Positions 19,714 to 29,878 are shown, counted from the stretch's first letter. The stretch is 64,000 nt of DNA from an uncultured virus (IMG/VR IMGVR_UViG_3300028805_000054) (IMGVR_UViG_3300028805_000054), one strand, 5' to 3'. Numbers and translations are program-made. Notes: generated from the sequence alone by a model not told the origin.

Positions 19714-20249
19714 ATTCCAAATGCTTTTTTAATTTTACCAATTAACTCATAGAACTCACTTTCTGATAGACTCTTACAAAAGGTATGATCATATTCATTT
19801 AAACTATCCTTAATATAATCTTTAAGATTCCAATAGTCCTTTTCAACATCAAATAAGTTTTTATTGTCATGATAAAAGACTTTCAAAAATTTCTTATTAG
19901 TGATGTCAAAACACAATAACCAATCGGAAACATTCCACATTAATGGATAAATTAAAGTTGAATCTGGATAGCTTTCAGCACTCATCGGAGGAATCAAAAT
20001 TTCATGATATACATGATCAGCATGTTTCGGATTTAGGTAAGGCTTAAAAGGGGTGTCATAAAACTTAAGTTCTTTTCCTAATAACCCCAACAACCTCTGT
20101 GTCTCTGGTTTCTCCCATACCTTTTCAACCTCTCTCAAACTTTGTTGCAGATTAATTGGCAAATCAGAAAACTTAGGACATTTATATTCTGGTTGTTTCT
20201 TTTTTCCAAAACCAAACCATCCAAATTGTTTCTGTCGTAATATAATCAT
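19710..20249 (-). CDS. Leader-family hypothetical protein
   Basis: MIILRQKQFG start. Confidence 0.7.
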   Translation of the reverse strand: MIILRQKQFGWFGFGKKKQPEYKCPKFSDLPINLQQSLREVEKVWEKPETQRLLGLLGKELKFYDTPFKPYLNPKHADHVYHEILIPPMSAESYPDSTLIYPLMWNVSDWLLCFDITNKKFLKVFYHDNKNLFDVEKDYWNLKDYIKDSLNEYDHTFCKSLSESEFYELIGKIKKAFGI

Positions 20250-20250
20250 C

Positions 20251-20907
20251 TTATCTATTTTCTAAAAACCATAAAATTCCTTCCACGTATGTTCTCTGAA
20301 GCTCGTGGAATCCAATGTCTGAGGTAAGGTATTGAATATCGTCGTGGTTATCTTGAAATAAATTCTCAACCAATACCGCGGGACATTTAGTTTTTGTCAG
20401 CACGTATAATCTTTCCTCTAAGTCATGATCACCATCTGTCATATTTTCTCTCACCGGCTTTTGACCTTTCTCCCATTTCCCAAAGTTCTTATAATGTCTG
20501 AGATTCTTGTGTGCTGAAATCCATAAAAACTCTGCTAACAAATCCGACACTGTTCTTCCCGGGCTAGTATATACGCTCCAACCTCTAGCTCCTAACCACT
20601 TACCTTGATTTCCGGCTGCATTAACGTGGGTGGAGATATAGTAAATGTTTTGTCCTTTCCTTTTCTCTACTTCGGTATTAACAATCTCCACTCGTTTGGC
20701 CAATTCCTGTGACGTTGTAGTATCTTTCTTCATCATTAGTTCTGGCCAATCAATCATAACTTCCAACCCATAATCTTCGAGGATAGATTTTAGGTCAGTC
20801 ACAAATTCTCTACTCCAAACTGCCTCTCTAAATTTGCCATCTGGACTTTGTTTTCCTGGTGTTGTGTCGAGATGTGCAGTTCCTAAGATTATCAATGTTT
20901 CTTTCAT
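20251..20907 (-). CDS. N-acetylmuramoyl-L-alanine amidase (Amidase_3, Bacteroidetes-phage type)
   Basis: ILGTAH..TPGKQSPDG.FRE, ISTHVNAAG, CPAVLVENLFQDN. Confidence 0.9.
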   Translation of the reverse strand: MKETLIILGTAHLDTTPGKQSPDGKFREAVWSREFVTDLKSILEDYGLEVMIDWPELMMKKDTTTSQELAKRVEIVNTEVEKRKGQNIYYISTHVNAAGNQGKWLGARGWSVYTSPGRTVSDLLAEFLWISAHKNLRHYKNFGKWEKGQKPVRENMTDGDHDLEERLYVLTKTKCPAVLVENLFQDNHDDIQYLTSDIGFHELQRTYVEGILWFLENR

Positions 20908-21024
20908 ATTCTCTATCTCTTTTAGGTTATTCCCCTGCTTAGTGAAAATCTCTTAAAATGGAAGGGACTAGTTCTCGAGTACTAGAACCCCTCCTCATAA
21001 ACAATTTTATTTATGCAAAATTCA

Positions 21025-23451
21025 TTAAAAGATTTCTTCTACCATTCCCTGTAAGCGCTGTCTAGTAATCTCTCTAGGGTCATCTACAGCTTGTTTTTCT
21101 AGTCCCTTCATAGTCATCGTATATCCAGGACTAACACCTAATTCTGTTCCTTCTAGCATATCAAGTCTAAGACCCCAACAACATTGTTCAATGGAGTCAA
21201 AGATATCCTTACTTCCTATACCATCGTTGGAATCAAAACTAGAAATATCATCATTTCCGGTTCCATCTGCTTTCCAAGTCCCCGAAGAAGCTTTAACAGG
21301 GTGATCAACTTTGATTTTACCACCAGGAGTTGATACATATCTTAGATCATATGCCTCACGAAGAAGTCTGTGATTGATTGGTATCTTAATTAGCTCCAAG
21401 TTTATAAGACTCTTTAAATATTGAGCTGGTTCTGGAAGACGATCAGTGCTAATGTTTCTACAAGGTATCATATCCCTCTCCAAATCTTGTTGTAGCTGTA
21501 TACTATGTGAAGAATCTGATGAAACCCTTACATCGTAGTATTTATTTAATTCTTTGATTAAATCGTAGAAATGAGAGATACTAGTTTGTTGTCCTGGAAT
21601 TCGTGATATTCCTATATTAACTAATGATTTTATTAGAGGAAATTCAACTTTATTAACTGTCTTTTTCCCTTCTAGCATTACTATACTTAATCCTGAGAGG
21701 TCATGTTTACTAGATAAATCTAATCCTACCCATAAAGGAGTGCGGTATGGAACTAATTCTAAGGCTTTTTTAATTTTATCGTAGAGTCTATCCTTAAGAT
21801 CAAAGAAATCAACGGCTATAATTTCAGGAAGTTTGTTTTTATATCCAGACATGCAGTTTACCAGATGACTTATATCTCCATTGAAAAACAACGAAGACCC
21901 AGCCAAAGGAACACCGGCTTTATCCATAAGGCATTTCCTCAGATCCATATTAGCCTCTGGAAGAAGCGATATTGGCATGTTAATGATTCTATCTGGATCA
22001 AACTCAGGAGATACTCTACCATTCTCATCAGGATAAATTTTCTGAGGTGGGGTTTTAGGATCTCCCGCATAAACCATGAAAGTATTATTCCCTGGTTGTT
22101 TGAGCTCTGGGTATAATTCTGGTCTTACATTCCATTGTGGCTCCGACACTGTCAATAGCATCTTTTTATCTGGAATCATCTCTTTGAATCTCTCAGTCGG
22201 TTGTGCGTCACCGTTGGCAGAGCTATCTAAAACAAATCCTCCAACAAGTTGAAGTGTTTTCTTACTAAAACGGCTATGTACACGTCCCCAAATTGTATTT
22301 AATGTATCTATAGCTAAATTATCTTGATTGTTACCTTCTAAGCCATTTCCCCAAAAATTAATTTCAGAAAAAAGCGCCCAACGTTTTATATTCCTTAGTT
22401 TCCTAAAGCACTGACTATATCTTAACTGATGTGAATATACATCAGCAAAACCCATTTCGAATGACGTATCAATAGTCACTCTACTCTCCCGATACGGAGA
22501 TAGTCGATACAGGTTCCCATAAAGGGCTTCCCACGGGGTTACCATGTCTTTATTTAAAAGATTTAGGCTTCACCGTTAGCCTTCATTATCTGAAGACCCG
22601 ATTAATGACATCGTAAAGGTTTAACAGGCCTGAGCTAACTGCTTGATTATCAGCCATATACGACCAAATCGGTACCCAATCCAGAACGTCTAGATCTTGG
22701 ACTTCCTACATATACATTAAATTTAAGTTTTGGATTTTTTGTTGTTCTAAAGAAAGGGGATAATTGTAATACATCTTTTTTAAACCAATATACAAAATCT
22801 CGCTCTGCTAATTCAGTATTGACGTGAAAGACAATTGCTGAGAGAGGGCGTCTCGCGATACCTAATGTTTTTGCCGGATTAGAAAGGCAGAGAAGGCGAC
22901 TAAAATTATAAGATAACTGTATTCTTCCAATTGTGCTCTTACCTACAACTATCTGATTGTCAGGTAGTTACGTCATTATATCTCTATAATGTTAAGACTA
23001 TATTATCATTTAAATGTCACATCTAATTAGTCGTTGAAGTTATCATACTTTTATAGATAACTAGCTGATTTTCCTTAAGGAATTTCCAGCTTTTAATGTG
23101 ATTATATAGGACTAGGTATAAGTTTAATCCTATGGCACCACTCAGGATTTGATATGGTTTTGCCGTTAATATACAAGAGGGGTAAATTTCTTTTAATACC
23201 TTCTTCCAATAGTTAAAAACACTAGACCCTCCATTGAAAAAGAATTCATTACCAAGATAAAAATCGTCGGAATAAAACTCTTCAATCTCAGGTGGTTTTC
23301 TAGAGTAGCCTAAGGCTTTAAGGGCGACCCAAGTACGCTCCTCATCAGTTAATTTACTATACTGTACCTCTAGACTAGCATTTTCGATCTCCCGTGCATT
23401 GAAATCTTTACTATTGCTATGATCTATAAAATTTCTCTCATTCATACTCAC
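21025..23451 (-). CDS. terL: Terminase large subunit, three exons (23451-23127, 22945-22663, 22381-21025; 654 aa spliced)
   Basis: Splicing restores Walker A SGAIGLGKST and Walker B region GTDLVWALFSEINF; C-terminal nuclease VGLDLS...SKDIFDS; exon lengths sum to 1965 nt (in frame). Confidence 0.85.
22382..22662 (-). ncRNA. Group I intron (IA-like, 281 nt, no ORF) in terL
   Basis: P AACGGTGAA, Q AACCCCGTGG, R GTATCGACTA, S AAGATATAGTC; extra hairpins after P7; 5' exon ends in U, intron ends in G. Confidence 0.85.
22946..23126 (-). ncRNA. Compact group I intron (181 nt) in the terL Walker A codons
   Basis: P1 ATAGGAT/GTCCTAT with U-G at the splice site; P10 TACCTA/TAGGTA; P3 TCACAT/ATGTGA; R TTCAACGACTA; S ATATAGTCT; terminal G. 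Confidence 0.85.
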
Positions 23452-23459
23452 GATCTCCT

Positions 23460-23651
23460 TTACTCTTTATCACCCTCTGAAAATAGACTTACTCGTTTGG
23501 TAGTCTTTTTCCTTAGTAGTCCTGGATCAAAGGGGTGTGTTTTAATCCATTCTGTACTTTGTCTTACTTCCTTAGCTATTTCTTTCCTTATTGCCTCATC
23601 AGAAATAATTTTGGCAGCGGAAGCAAATGTTTTCTGTCTTTTTATTTTCAT
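23460..23651 (-). CDS. Leader-family small protein
   Basis: MKIKRQKTFA start. Confidence 0.6.
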   Translation of the reverse strand: MKIKRQKTFASAAKIISDEAIRKEIAKEVRQSTEWIKTHPFDPGLLRKKTTKRVSLFSEGDKE

Positions 23652-23921
23652 ATTCCAGTCTCCTTTACTTTAATTATCCCGGCCTATTTTTTTCACGCGT
23701 ATTTTCAGGCCAGTTATATGTCAAAAAAGAAAATAGAACTTGATGTTATTTATTATTCATCATTCTATTCCTCCGTATTATGTATCTTAGTCTTATAGTT
23801 CTTTTCTAGATATTCGTTTAAAGGCATTACTACAGTTTCTTTGTTAGTAAGCTCTGATTCATCGGGATATTCTACATACCTGCTGACTAATTTATTCCGA
23901 CTTTAATCGTCTTCATGATTA

Positions 23922-24248
23922 TCAAGATTTATAGTATCCGTCATTATTATTTTCCCTTTTCCCTTCTTCCCACCAATCATCCATTTCTTGTTCCTCCTCT
24001 TCCACTTGTTTCCTTAGTTCTTCCGGAGTTATACTTATGAACTCTAAATAACCAGGGCCATAATTTCTCTCAACAAAACTTTTCAAGGACTCAGCAATAA
24101 ATGTTTTGATAGGGTCTGGATTAGGTTCATCATCTCGGAGGTAAAAGGTTGTGTATTCCCATTCTCCAGTTTCTAGATTCATGAGCTTAACTTTCCTTGC
24201 TCTCTTCTTGATTGCTTTCTTCCCTCTTCTTGCCATTATCATTAACAA
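23922..24248 (-). CDS. Hypothetical protein
   Basis: Basic N-terminus, acidic C-terminus; overlaps upstream gene. Confidence 0.55.
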   Translation of the reverse strand: MLMIMARRGKKAIKKRARKVKLMNLETGEWEYTTFYLRDDEPNPDPIKTFIAESLKSFVERNYGPGYLEFISITPEELRKQVEEEEQEMDDWWEEGKRENNNDGYYKS

Positions 24249-24432
24249 ATAATTTCTGCTCTTCAGGCGTCATTTCAGAAAAAGATTTACCTTTCATCCC
24301 CTTGTAAGCTCCCATCGCTAGCTTTTGTTCTCTAGTATGTACAACTGTTTCTACGAGAGATGGATCAGTTTGTACAGGGTCTTCTACCCAAGTACCTGTC
24401 AACTTATCAAAAACTTTTCTATATATTAACAT
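24187..24432 (-). CDS. Small protein, paralog of 30385-30609
   Basis: KVFD..T..W.E.P and KSFS..T.EE..LF shared. Confidence 0.65.
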   Translation of the reverse strand: MLIYRKVFDKLTGTWVEDPVQTDPSLVETVVHTREQKLAMGAYKGMKGKSFSEMTPEEQKLFVNDNGKKREESNQEESKES

Positions 24433-24550
24433 AGCTATTAATATTTAAATTATTAATTATAAGGGAATTATTTCTTTGTTATACCCCTTTTCATCAGTTC
24501 CCACACCCGAATCAAATTGTAGTCTCAAAGGACAGTGTGGGATTTATTTG

Positions 24551-26305
24551 TTACGGATTAATTACTAAATCTTCTTCCGGATATAAGTACCAGTCTGTGC
24601 TTTCTATCATATTCCTTCCCCAGTTTCCAAAGAGAGGGTAGGATTTATCTATTCTTACTTTTTCTTTTGACCATTTGAAATCGTAGGGGATCATAATACC
24701 GTGTGGATCTTCTCCAATTTTACTAACGTATACTTTATTCCCTTTAGTTCTGTTTTCAAGATATGGTTGGCAGTTAGGATCAAGAAACGAGAATCTAGAA
24801 GAAACAGTTACCAGATCTTCTATATAAGGATAGTTTTTGGTTTCTGTATTAATGAATCCTCGACTATCACTTCCAAAGATCTTATGAACTTCTACATTCT
24901 GATTAATAACATTGCCATTTACCTGATGTAGATATAATTCATCGTTTGCTCCGCTTGCCATAAGAATATACTTAACATGCGTATTGTCCTCTCTAGTGGC
25001 CTTGATTACACAGTCCTGTAAATCAAAATCGCCCTGCTCAGTGTCCTCGAATAAGAATGTATAAAAATTCTTTTCGATGTAAGGAGGAATATCAATTGCT
25101 TCTAGGCTTCCTTCCACAAGTACCCAAATATCTTGTCCGTCGGCATCACTACAACTTTCTATACATAAAATGTTTTTCCCGTTGACAGTAATCCACGCCA
25201 TTCTAGGATCTCCATCTCCAAGACCTGAACTCTTAAAATGACCATACTTATTTATTTCATTATTCATTCTACCGTCACCCCAAGATTCTCCCTGCTTCTG
25301 ACCATTATATTGAGTTAAATTGCCACGAAGCATAAAACCAATCTTATAACCGGCCGGGAATTGGAAACTACCATTACCATTTTCATCCCAGTAAATCAAA
25401 GCATAAGCATGAAATCTTGAAAGTACATCATTAGCTTTTATAGAATTTTTGAGGGTAATAGCTCTATAGCATTTTAGGTTTTTCAGGTCAGGTTCTTCAT
25501 TTGCCTTAAAGTAATAATAGTAAAGCTCTGAATTTATAACCTCATTAGAAGTACCATCATTCCTATAAATTGGACAAACCAGAATAGGATCAGTTTCGCC
25601 GGTGGTAATAGGATAAGCATTTTCATTATAAATTCCAGTTTGCTTCACTTTCTCCAAATTTCTATATGCTCTACCGTTTTTGAAGTAAGATAGAATTATA
25701 GTTTTTAAAGTATTAGCAAAGTCAGGATCAAAATCGGGAACCTCCATAATCAGTTGTTCTTCATTGGCTGGAGCATAGAGGGTTACATTATTCCATCCTC
25801 TCTGTTTACCGTACGAATCAAAGGGTCCAGTCAATGTTAGTGTGGAAGTAGGCAGAGTATAAGGGAAGTCAATATTAGTAGCAGCTCTAGTTCTTGCCTT
25901 TGATTCTCTCTCAAAATTTACTTCTCTATCTCCGTGCTCAAATTGTTTTAGATTATAATATCCGTTTTCCGTTATACAAGCAACATAAAGGCCTATATAT
26001 TTATCAGGGGTATCATAGTTTAGAGTCACTTTCTGGTCTCCGCTTATAGAGTTTAGGACCTTCAGTGATGTGCTCTCCTCCGAATCCATTGAGTAAACTA
26101 GAACTTGGATTGTTTTTGTTCCCGGCAATGGATTGATCGTTATTGAGCCATTTTTAGTCATACACCAGTCATGATTCTTGTCAAACTGGTATCCAAATGT
26201 CTGTTCTGCTTTCTCTTTCTGACTTGGTTGTGTTTGCTCAGGAAAAGAATGTGAACAACTAGCCAGGATCAGAGTTAGCATTAAAATTTTCAGTGTGTTT
26301 TTCAT
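24551..26305 (-). CDS. Bacteroidetes-type lipoprotein with DUF4842/LruC-like C-terminal domain
   Basis: Start re-called to MKNTLKILMLTLILASC (lipobox); FEDTEQGDFDLQD.V, PHGIMIP.DFKW..EK.RI..SYP.F..W, DWY..P. Confidence 0.75.
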   Translation of the reverse strand: MKNTLKILMLTLILASCSHSFPEQTQPSQKEKAEQTFGYQFDKNHDWCMTKNGSITINPLPGTKTIQVLVYSMDSEESTSLKVLNSISGDQKVTLNYDTPDKYIGLYVACITENGYYNLKQFEHGDREVNFERESKARTRAATNIDFPYTLPTSTLTLTGPFDSYGKQRGWNNVTLYAPANEEQLIMEVPDFDPDFANTLKTIILSYFKNGRAYRNLEKVKQTGIYNENAYPITTGETDPILVCPIYRNDGTSNEVINSELYYYYFKANEEPDLKNLKCYRAITLKNSIKANDVLSRFHAYALIYWDENGNGSFQFPAGYKIGFMLRGNLTQYNGQKQGESWGDGRMNNEINKYGHFKSSGLGDGDPRMAWITVNGKNILCIESCSDADGQDIWVLVEGSLEAIDIPPYIEKNFYTFLFEDTEQGDFDLQDCVIKATREDNTHVKYILMASGANDELYLHQVNGNVINQNVEVHKIFGSDSRGFINTETKNYPYIEDLVTVSSRFSFLDPNCQPYLENRTKGNKVYVSKIGEDPHGIMIPYDFKWSKEKVRIDKSYPLFGNWGRNMIESTDWYLYPEEDLVINP

Positions 26306-26465
26306 GATTTTATTATATTTAGACTTTTGATATTTAATTAACCAAAAGATATTAAGTTTCTCCGCCATAGATAGGAGAGAGTAAGTGTGAAGAACCAATT
26401 TCAACCACGTATCCCTAAGCGTTTCCCAGGTCTCTCTCGAATCTTGCATCTTTTTCAGTTTGGTG

Positions 26466-26609
26466 TTACATCCAGAATCTTACGTACTTGATATTTTCCT
26501 CACCAAACATTCTAGCATAATTTTCAGCCGATGTTTCAATATACCACTTGAAGGGTTTTAGAATTAATTTACCGGCTTTCACTGTTGTTTTCTTAATCAA
26601 TCTACACAT
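26466..26609 (-). CDS. 47-aa small protein
   Basis: Hand translation MCRLIKKTTVKAGKLILKPFKWYIETSAENYARMFGEENIKYVRFWM with an A-rich upstream context. Confidence 0.55.
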   Translation of the reverse strand: MCRLIKKTTVKAGKLILKPFKWYIETSAENYARMFGEENIKYVRFWM

Positions 26610-27026
26610 AATTTTCTTGTTTTAAAGGTTATTACGCGCGGATTAAGTCACAAAAGGTTTAATTCTCAAGGTGTGTTTTTCAGGGCGGCACCAATCTCCT
26701 CGTTCGAACTTAAAAAATCCGCCCTAACATTTCTTACACCTTTCTCACTGTACGACCGAAACAATAGTAAGCGTGTGATAAAGGAGCTCCGCAGAAAGAT
26801 TCACGCTTAGGAAAATTCGGTCGTGATATTTTCCTTTTGTTTCTTCCCGCGCATTGTTCCTACGTCTGAATCAAATCAATAGCCTCAAAGAGCAACGTAG
26901 GATTTTGGTTTTATTTTTCCTTCCCCTTATCTTTTCTCCTCCTCTTTATCCATATTCTCGCAAGATCATCGACACGAGCTAAGAGAGGGGATATATTAGA
27001 GATTCGTTTCTTAGTTCTTTTTACTT

Positions 27027-27893
27027 TCATAACCACCTATTTAATTTCGGTTTCTCCCACTTTTCTAACTTCTCCTTCCAATCCCACCGCAATAAAGGAG
27101 AATCAAGTTGACGAGGACCATATTTATAAGTTTCCTTCTTGATTGGCTTTTTCGTCTCTACCTCAATGACCCCTAATAATTCTGGCTTAACATTTACTAA
27201 ACTCCAATATTCTTCCACCAGCAAACCATAAGGACAATCTGAGAGGCCCGGTTTTATTAAGCTTTCATTCCGGAGACGAGTAGCACGATAAACATACAAG
27301 AGTGGTTCAGGCGTTTCGTTCAAGTACTTTCCAGAGATTGCATCATCCACCGTTGTATAGAGTTGAAATCTTGGGAGTTGATGATCGATATATTTTTTGG
27401 AAGTCAGAAAATTACGTGGGATAATGGGATCAAGCAATTCACGTTCTAGTTTGGGGAGTGGAGATACAAAGATTAAGTTTTTCAGGATTCCAGTTCTTTT
27501 ACCAACTGAGACTGAGAATGATTTTTGCTTCATCTCTAATCTCTTTCCACTATCCTCGTTCACCACAAATCCCATCTTTTTATAGAGGTTTATGGCAGGA
27601 GTATTATTAGAGTCAACAGTTAAACTAGTACATCCAGAATCTAGGGCTCGCTTCACTAGATATTCACCATAACCTTGTCCCCTGTATGATTTGGTTATCT
27701 CTAAGGCTATGATCATTTCTCCTTGCCAACCAACATAACCTATGAGACTATTACCAGAGATTAACATAACGCCAGTACATCCTTTATCAGTTCTAGCATG
27801 TCGGAGAAGGTTGTCAAGAGATTTATACTTTAGGACATTCTCTTTGTTGTAGGGAATTTCCTTTACGTTATTTTTTAATCTTGGTATTAACAT
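27027..27893 (-). CDS. GNAT acetyltransferase fused to a second domain
   Basis: YRGQGYG and NTPAINLYKKMGF GNAT motifs, then a QKSFS linker and a second domain. Confidence 0.75.
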   Translation of the reverse strand: MLIPRLKNNVKEIPYNKENVLKYKSLDNLLRHARTDKGCTGVMLISGNSLIGYVGWQGEMIIALEITKSYRGQGYGEYLVKRALDSGCTSLTVDSNNTPAINLYKKMGFVVNEDSGKRLEMKQKSFSVSVGKRTGILKNLIFVSPLPKLERELLDPIIPRNFLTSKKYIDHQLPRFQLYTTVDDAISGKYLNETPEPLLYVYRATRLRNESLIKPGLSDCPYGLLVEEYWSLVNVKPELLGVIEVETKKPIKKETYKYGPRQLDSPLLRWDWKEKLEKWEKPKLNRWL

Positions 27894-27894
27894 A

Positions 27895-28269
27895 TTATAA
27901 CTTTTTCAGAATTGGATAATAATGTAGCCCTCCTTCACGGTCTTTCAAAGTTCGAAGGCAGCCAGTATCGGAAAGTAGACCATAGAGAATCCCGAATAAA
28001 TCTTCTTTCTCTTTCCAAGATTCACCACATGTTAGGAGGTAATGATTGGTTGGTATGTAGTCGATTATGGAAGATGCAAGAAACTTAAGCTCATCCTTGG
28101 TCAATTTTCCGGTTTCTATTGGGTGGAGATCATGGCAGTTAGGGTAGTCAAGGTCATCTGTCATTAAGATTTCTCCTGGTCTACCCTCGATGGAAAAAGA
28201 AGTAGCAATGTAGGACCTCTCTTTCAAGTCACGCCACCCTCTCTTCACTGTTTTTATATTCAGTTTCAT
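27895..28269 (-). CDS. Hypothetical protein
   Basis: Likely start MKLNIKTVK. Confidence 0.55.
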   Translation of the reverse strand: MKLNIKTVKRGWRDLKERSYIATSFSIEGRPGEILMTDDLDYPNCHDLHPIETGKLTKDELKFLASSIIDYIPTNHYLLTCGESWKEKEDLFGILYGLLSDTGCLRTLKDREGGLHYYPILKKL

Positions 28270-28495
28270 ATTCGAATTTTGTTCTTTGTTATTATCCCCG
28301 CCCGTTATTTTAAGTTGGGAAGGAATAAGGCGAAAGAAGATCGAAGCGTAAATAAAGAAAAGTGTTAACATAAAGATATTACGCTTCATTATTTTTCACG
28401 TTTGATTTTCTCATAGTTCGAACTATTTTTCTCCAAACGTTTTTAATTTCGCCTTGAAAATCCCCAACTTGTTCCTTTCGGGCGGATCAATCACA

Positions 28496-28987
28496 TTATA
28501 TTTCCTTTATATGCTTTAACCACTTCTCAACATTCCCTTCCACTTCTTTCCAGAGGAGCTTACGTTCGGAATAGGGGAATCGATATTTTTCCATCATCTC
28601 CCTCCCATATTCATAGAGGTAATAATTATTTTCCTCCTTGGCATATTCCTCTATGATGTAAGGAGAAGTGTAGTAACCGTCTCTCCATGATAAACAATAG
28701 AAGGATCCTACCAACATATCAAGCCAGTAAGAGAGGTAGAAAGTGGTCCAGCTAAAGTGTATAGTCTTTGCCTGATAGAGTCTAATATTTAATCTCATCC
28801 AGGCCCCTTTATCTTTGCCCCATTGTTCAAAATTCCCATGATGTACTAAAACGCCACACCACATCATCCAACCTTTCTTAGTGATTGGGAAATACTTCAT
28901 TACCTTAGTCTCCAACATTCTATTACGGGCCGGGAAAGTGAAAACTAAGAGGGACACAAGATATAAAATTTCTGTAATTAGTTTCAT
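28496..28987 (-). CDS. Hypothetical aromatic-rich protein
   Basis: 163-aa ORF. Confidence 0.6.
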   Translation of the reverse strand: MKLITEILYLVSLLVFTFPARNRMLETKVMKYFPITKKGWMMWCGVLVHHGNFEQWGKDKGAWMRLNIRLYQAKTIHFSWTTFYLSYWLDMLVGSFYCLSWRDGYYTSPYIIEEYAKEENNYYLYEYGREMMEKYRFPYSERKLLWKEVEGNVEKWLKHIKEI

Positions 28988-29032
28988 AGCATTAGAAAAT
29001 TAAATCTCTTCTGCTATCTCAACTTTATTTGT

Positions 29033-29082
29033 ACTTTAGAGGAGATTCGAACTCCTTGATTTGTCCTTTCACAAACTAAAGC
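29033..29082 (-). ncRNA. tRNA-like mini element (acceptor stem, one arm, T arm)
   Basis: GCTTTAG/CTAAAGT 7-bp stem and AGGAG-TTCGAAT-CTCCT T arm, with only 19 nt between them. Confidence 0.5.
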
Positions 29083-29119
29083 GTATTTTCCTTATTAGTA
29101 TAAATTATAAATCGTTAAT

Positions 29120-29686
29120 ATGAAATTAATGAACAAAGTAACGGAAGATATTGAGGAGACGATTATAAAGCAGTCAGATATTATCTTGAAGGGTGGAAGA
29201 TGTATAAAAATAGGAGAAACATTTAAGAAGAGTGATATAGCTGGAATTGTGTTGAAGTCCGGAAAAATTATATCACTAAAGTTTCATCAATCTCCATTCT
29301 CTGAATCCCAACTCACCGATTATCCTTCCTCGAGATTTATTGAAGACATTAATAAGGCCAAGCAGGAAATGGAAGGATTTGAGAATACCAATATCCTGGC
29401 CTTAAGTTGCTATGAGTCTGGGTTATCAATTTTAGATAGGCTCGGGGAAAACGAATATATTCCTTCGGTGGGTGAACTCTCAGAGGCATTTTCAGAATTT
29501 AATAGGATAAATCAGATACGAAAAGCTCTTGGTCTAGAACCCCTTCCTATTGGTTATTATTGGTCGTCTACAATCAGAAATGAAGAAACTATGTGGGTTG
29601 TGCTCAGTAATGGTCACACGGATTGGTGCCGCTGGGACTACTGTTCCAGGGACCACGATTACGTTTTGGCTTTCTTGAAAAAGTGA
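29120..29686 (+). CDS. DUF1566/Lcl-like protein
   Basis: YIPSVGEL and YYWSST motifs. Confidence 0.6.
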   Translation: MKLMNKVTEDIEETIIKQSDIILKGGRCIKIGETFKKSDIAGIVLKSGKIISLKFHQSPFSESQLTDYPSSRFIEDINKAKQEMEGFENTNILALSCYESGLSILDRLGENEYIPSVGELSEAFSEFNRINQIRKALGLEPLPIGYYWSSTIRNEETMWVVLSNGHTDWCRWDYCSRDHDYVLAFLKK

Positions 29687-29780
29687 CGAAGGAACGTATT
29701 GTTGATGAGGGAAGCTTGAAGCGGACCGATAAAGATCTAAACGTAAGAATAAAAACCTTACATATAGGTCTTTATTTTTT

Positions 29781-29878
29781 TTCTCGTGATAGGATTCAAA
29801 CCTATGACCTTCTCCTTAGGACGGAGCGGCTCTTATTATCGTTATAAGGCTAAACTTATAACTTTGAGCTACACGAGC
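29781..29878 (-). tRNA. Atypical or degenerate tRNA-Arg(CCT) with a hairpin inserted in the D loop
   Basis: CTCGTG/CACGAG acceptor, GCTC/GAGC D stem, CTCC-GTCCTAA-GGAG anticodon arm, ATAGG-TTTGAAT-CCTAT T arm. Confidence 0.55.

Noticed and set aside
22382..22545. N-terminus MVTPWEALY... of track ORF 21025-22545
   Set aside because: This is intron sequence read in frame, not a real start; likewise the tail of 23023-23451 after GAIG
24460..24545. Hammerhead ribozyme (CTGATGA on minus strand)
   Set aside because: Could not build stems II and III with GAAA and a cleavage triplet; more likely a terminator-type hairpin
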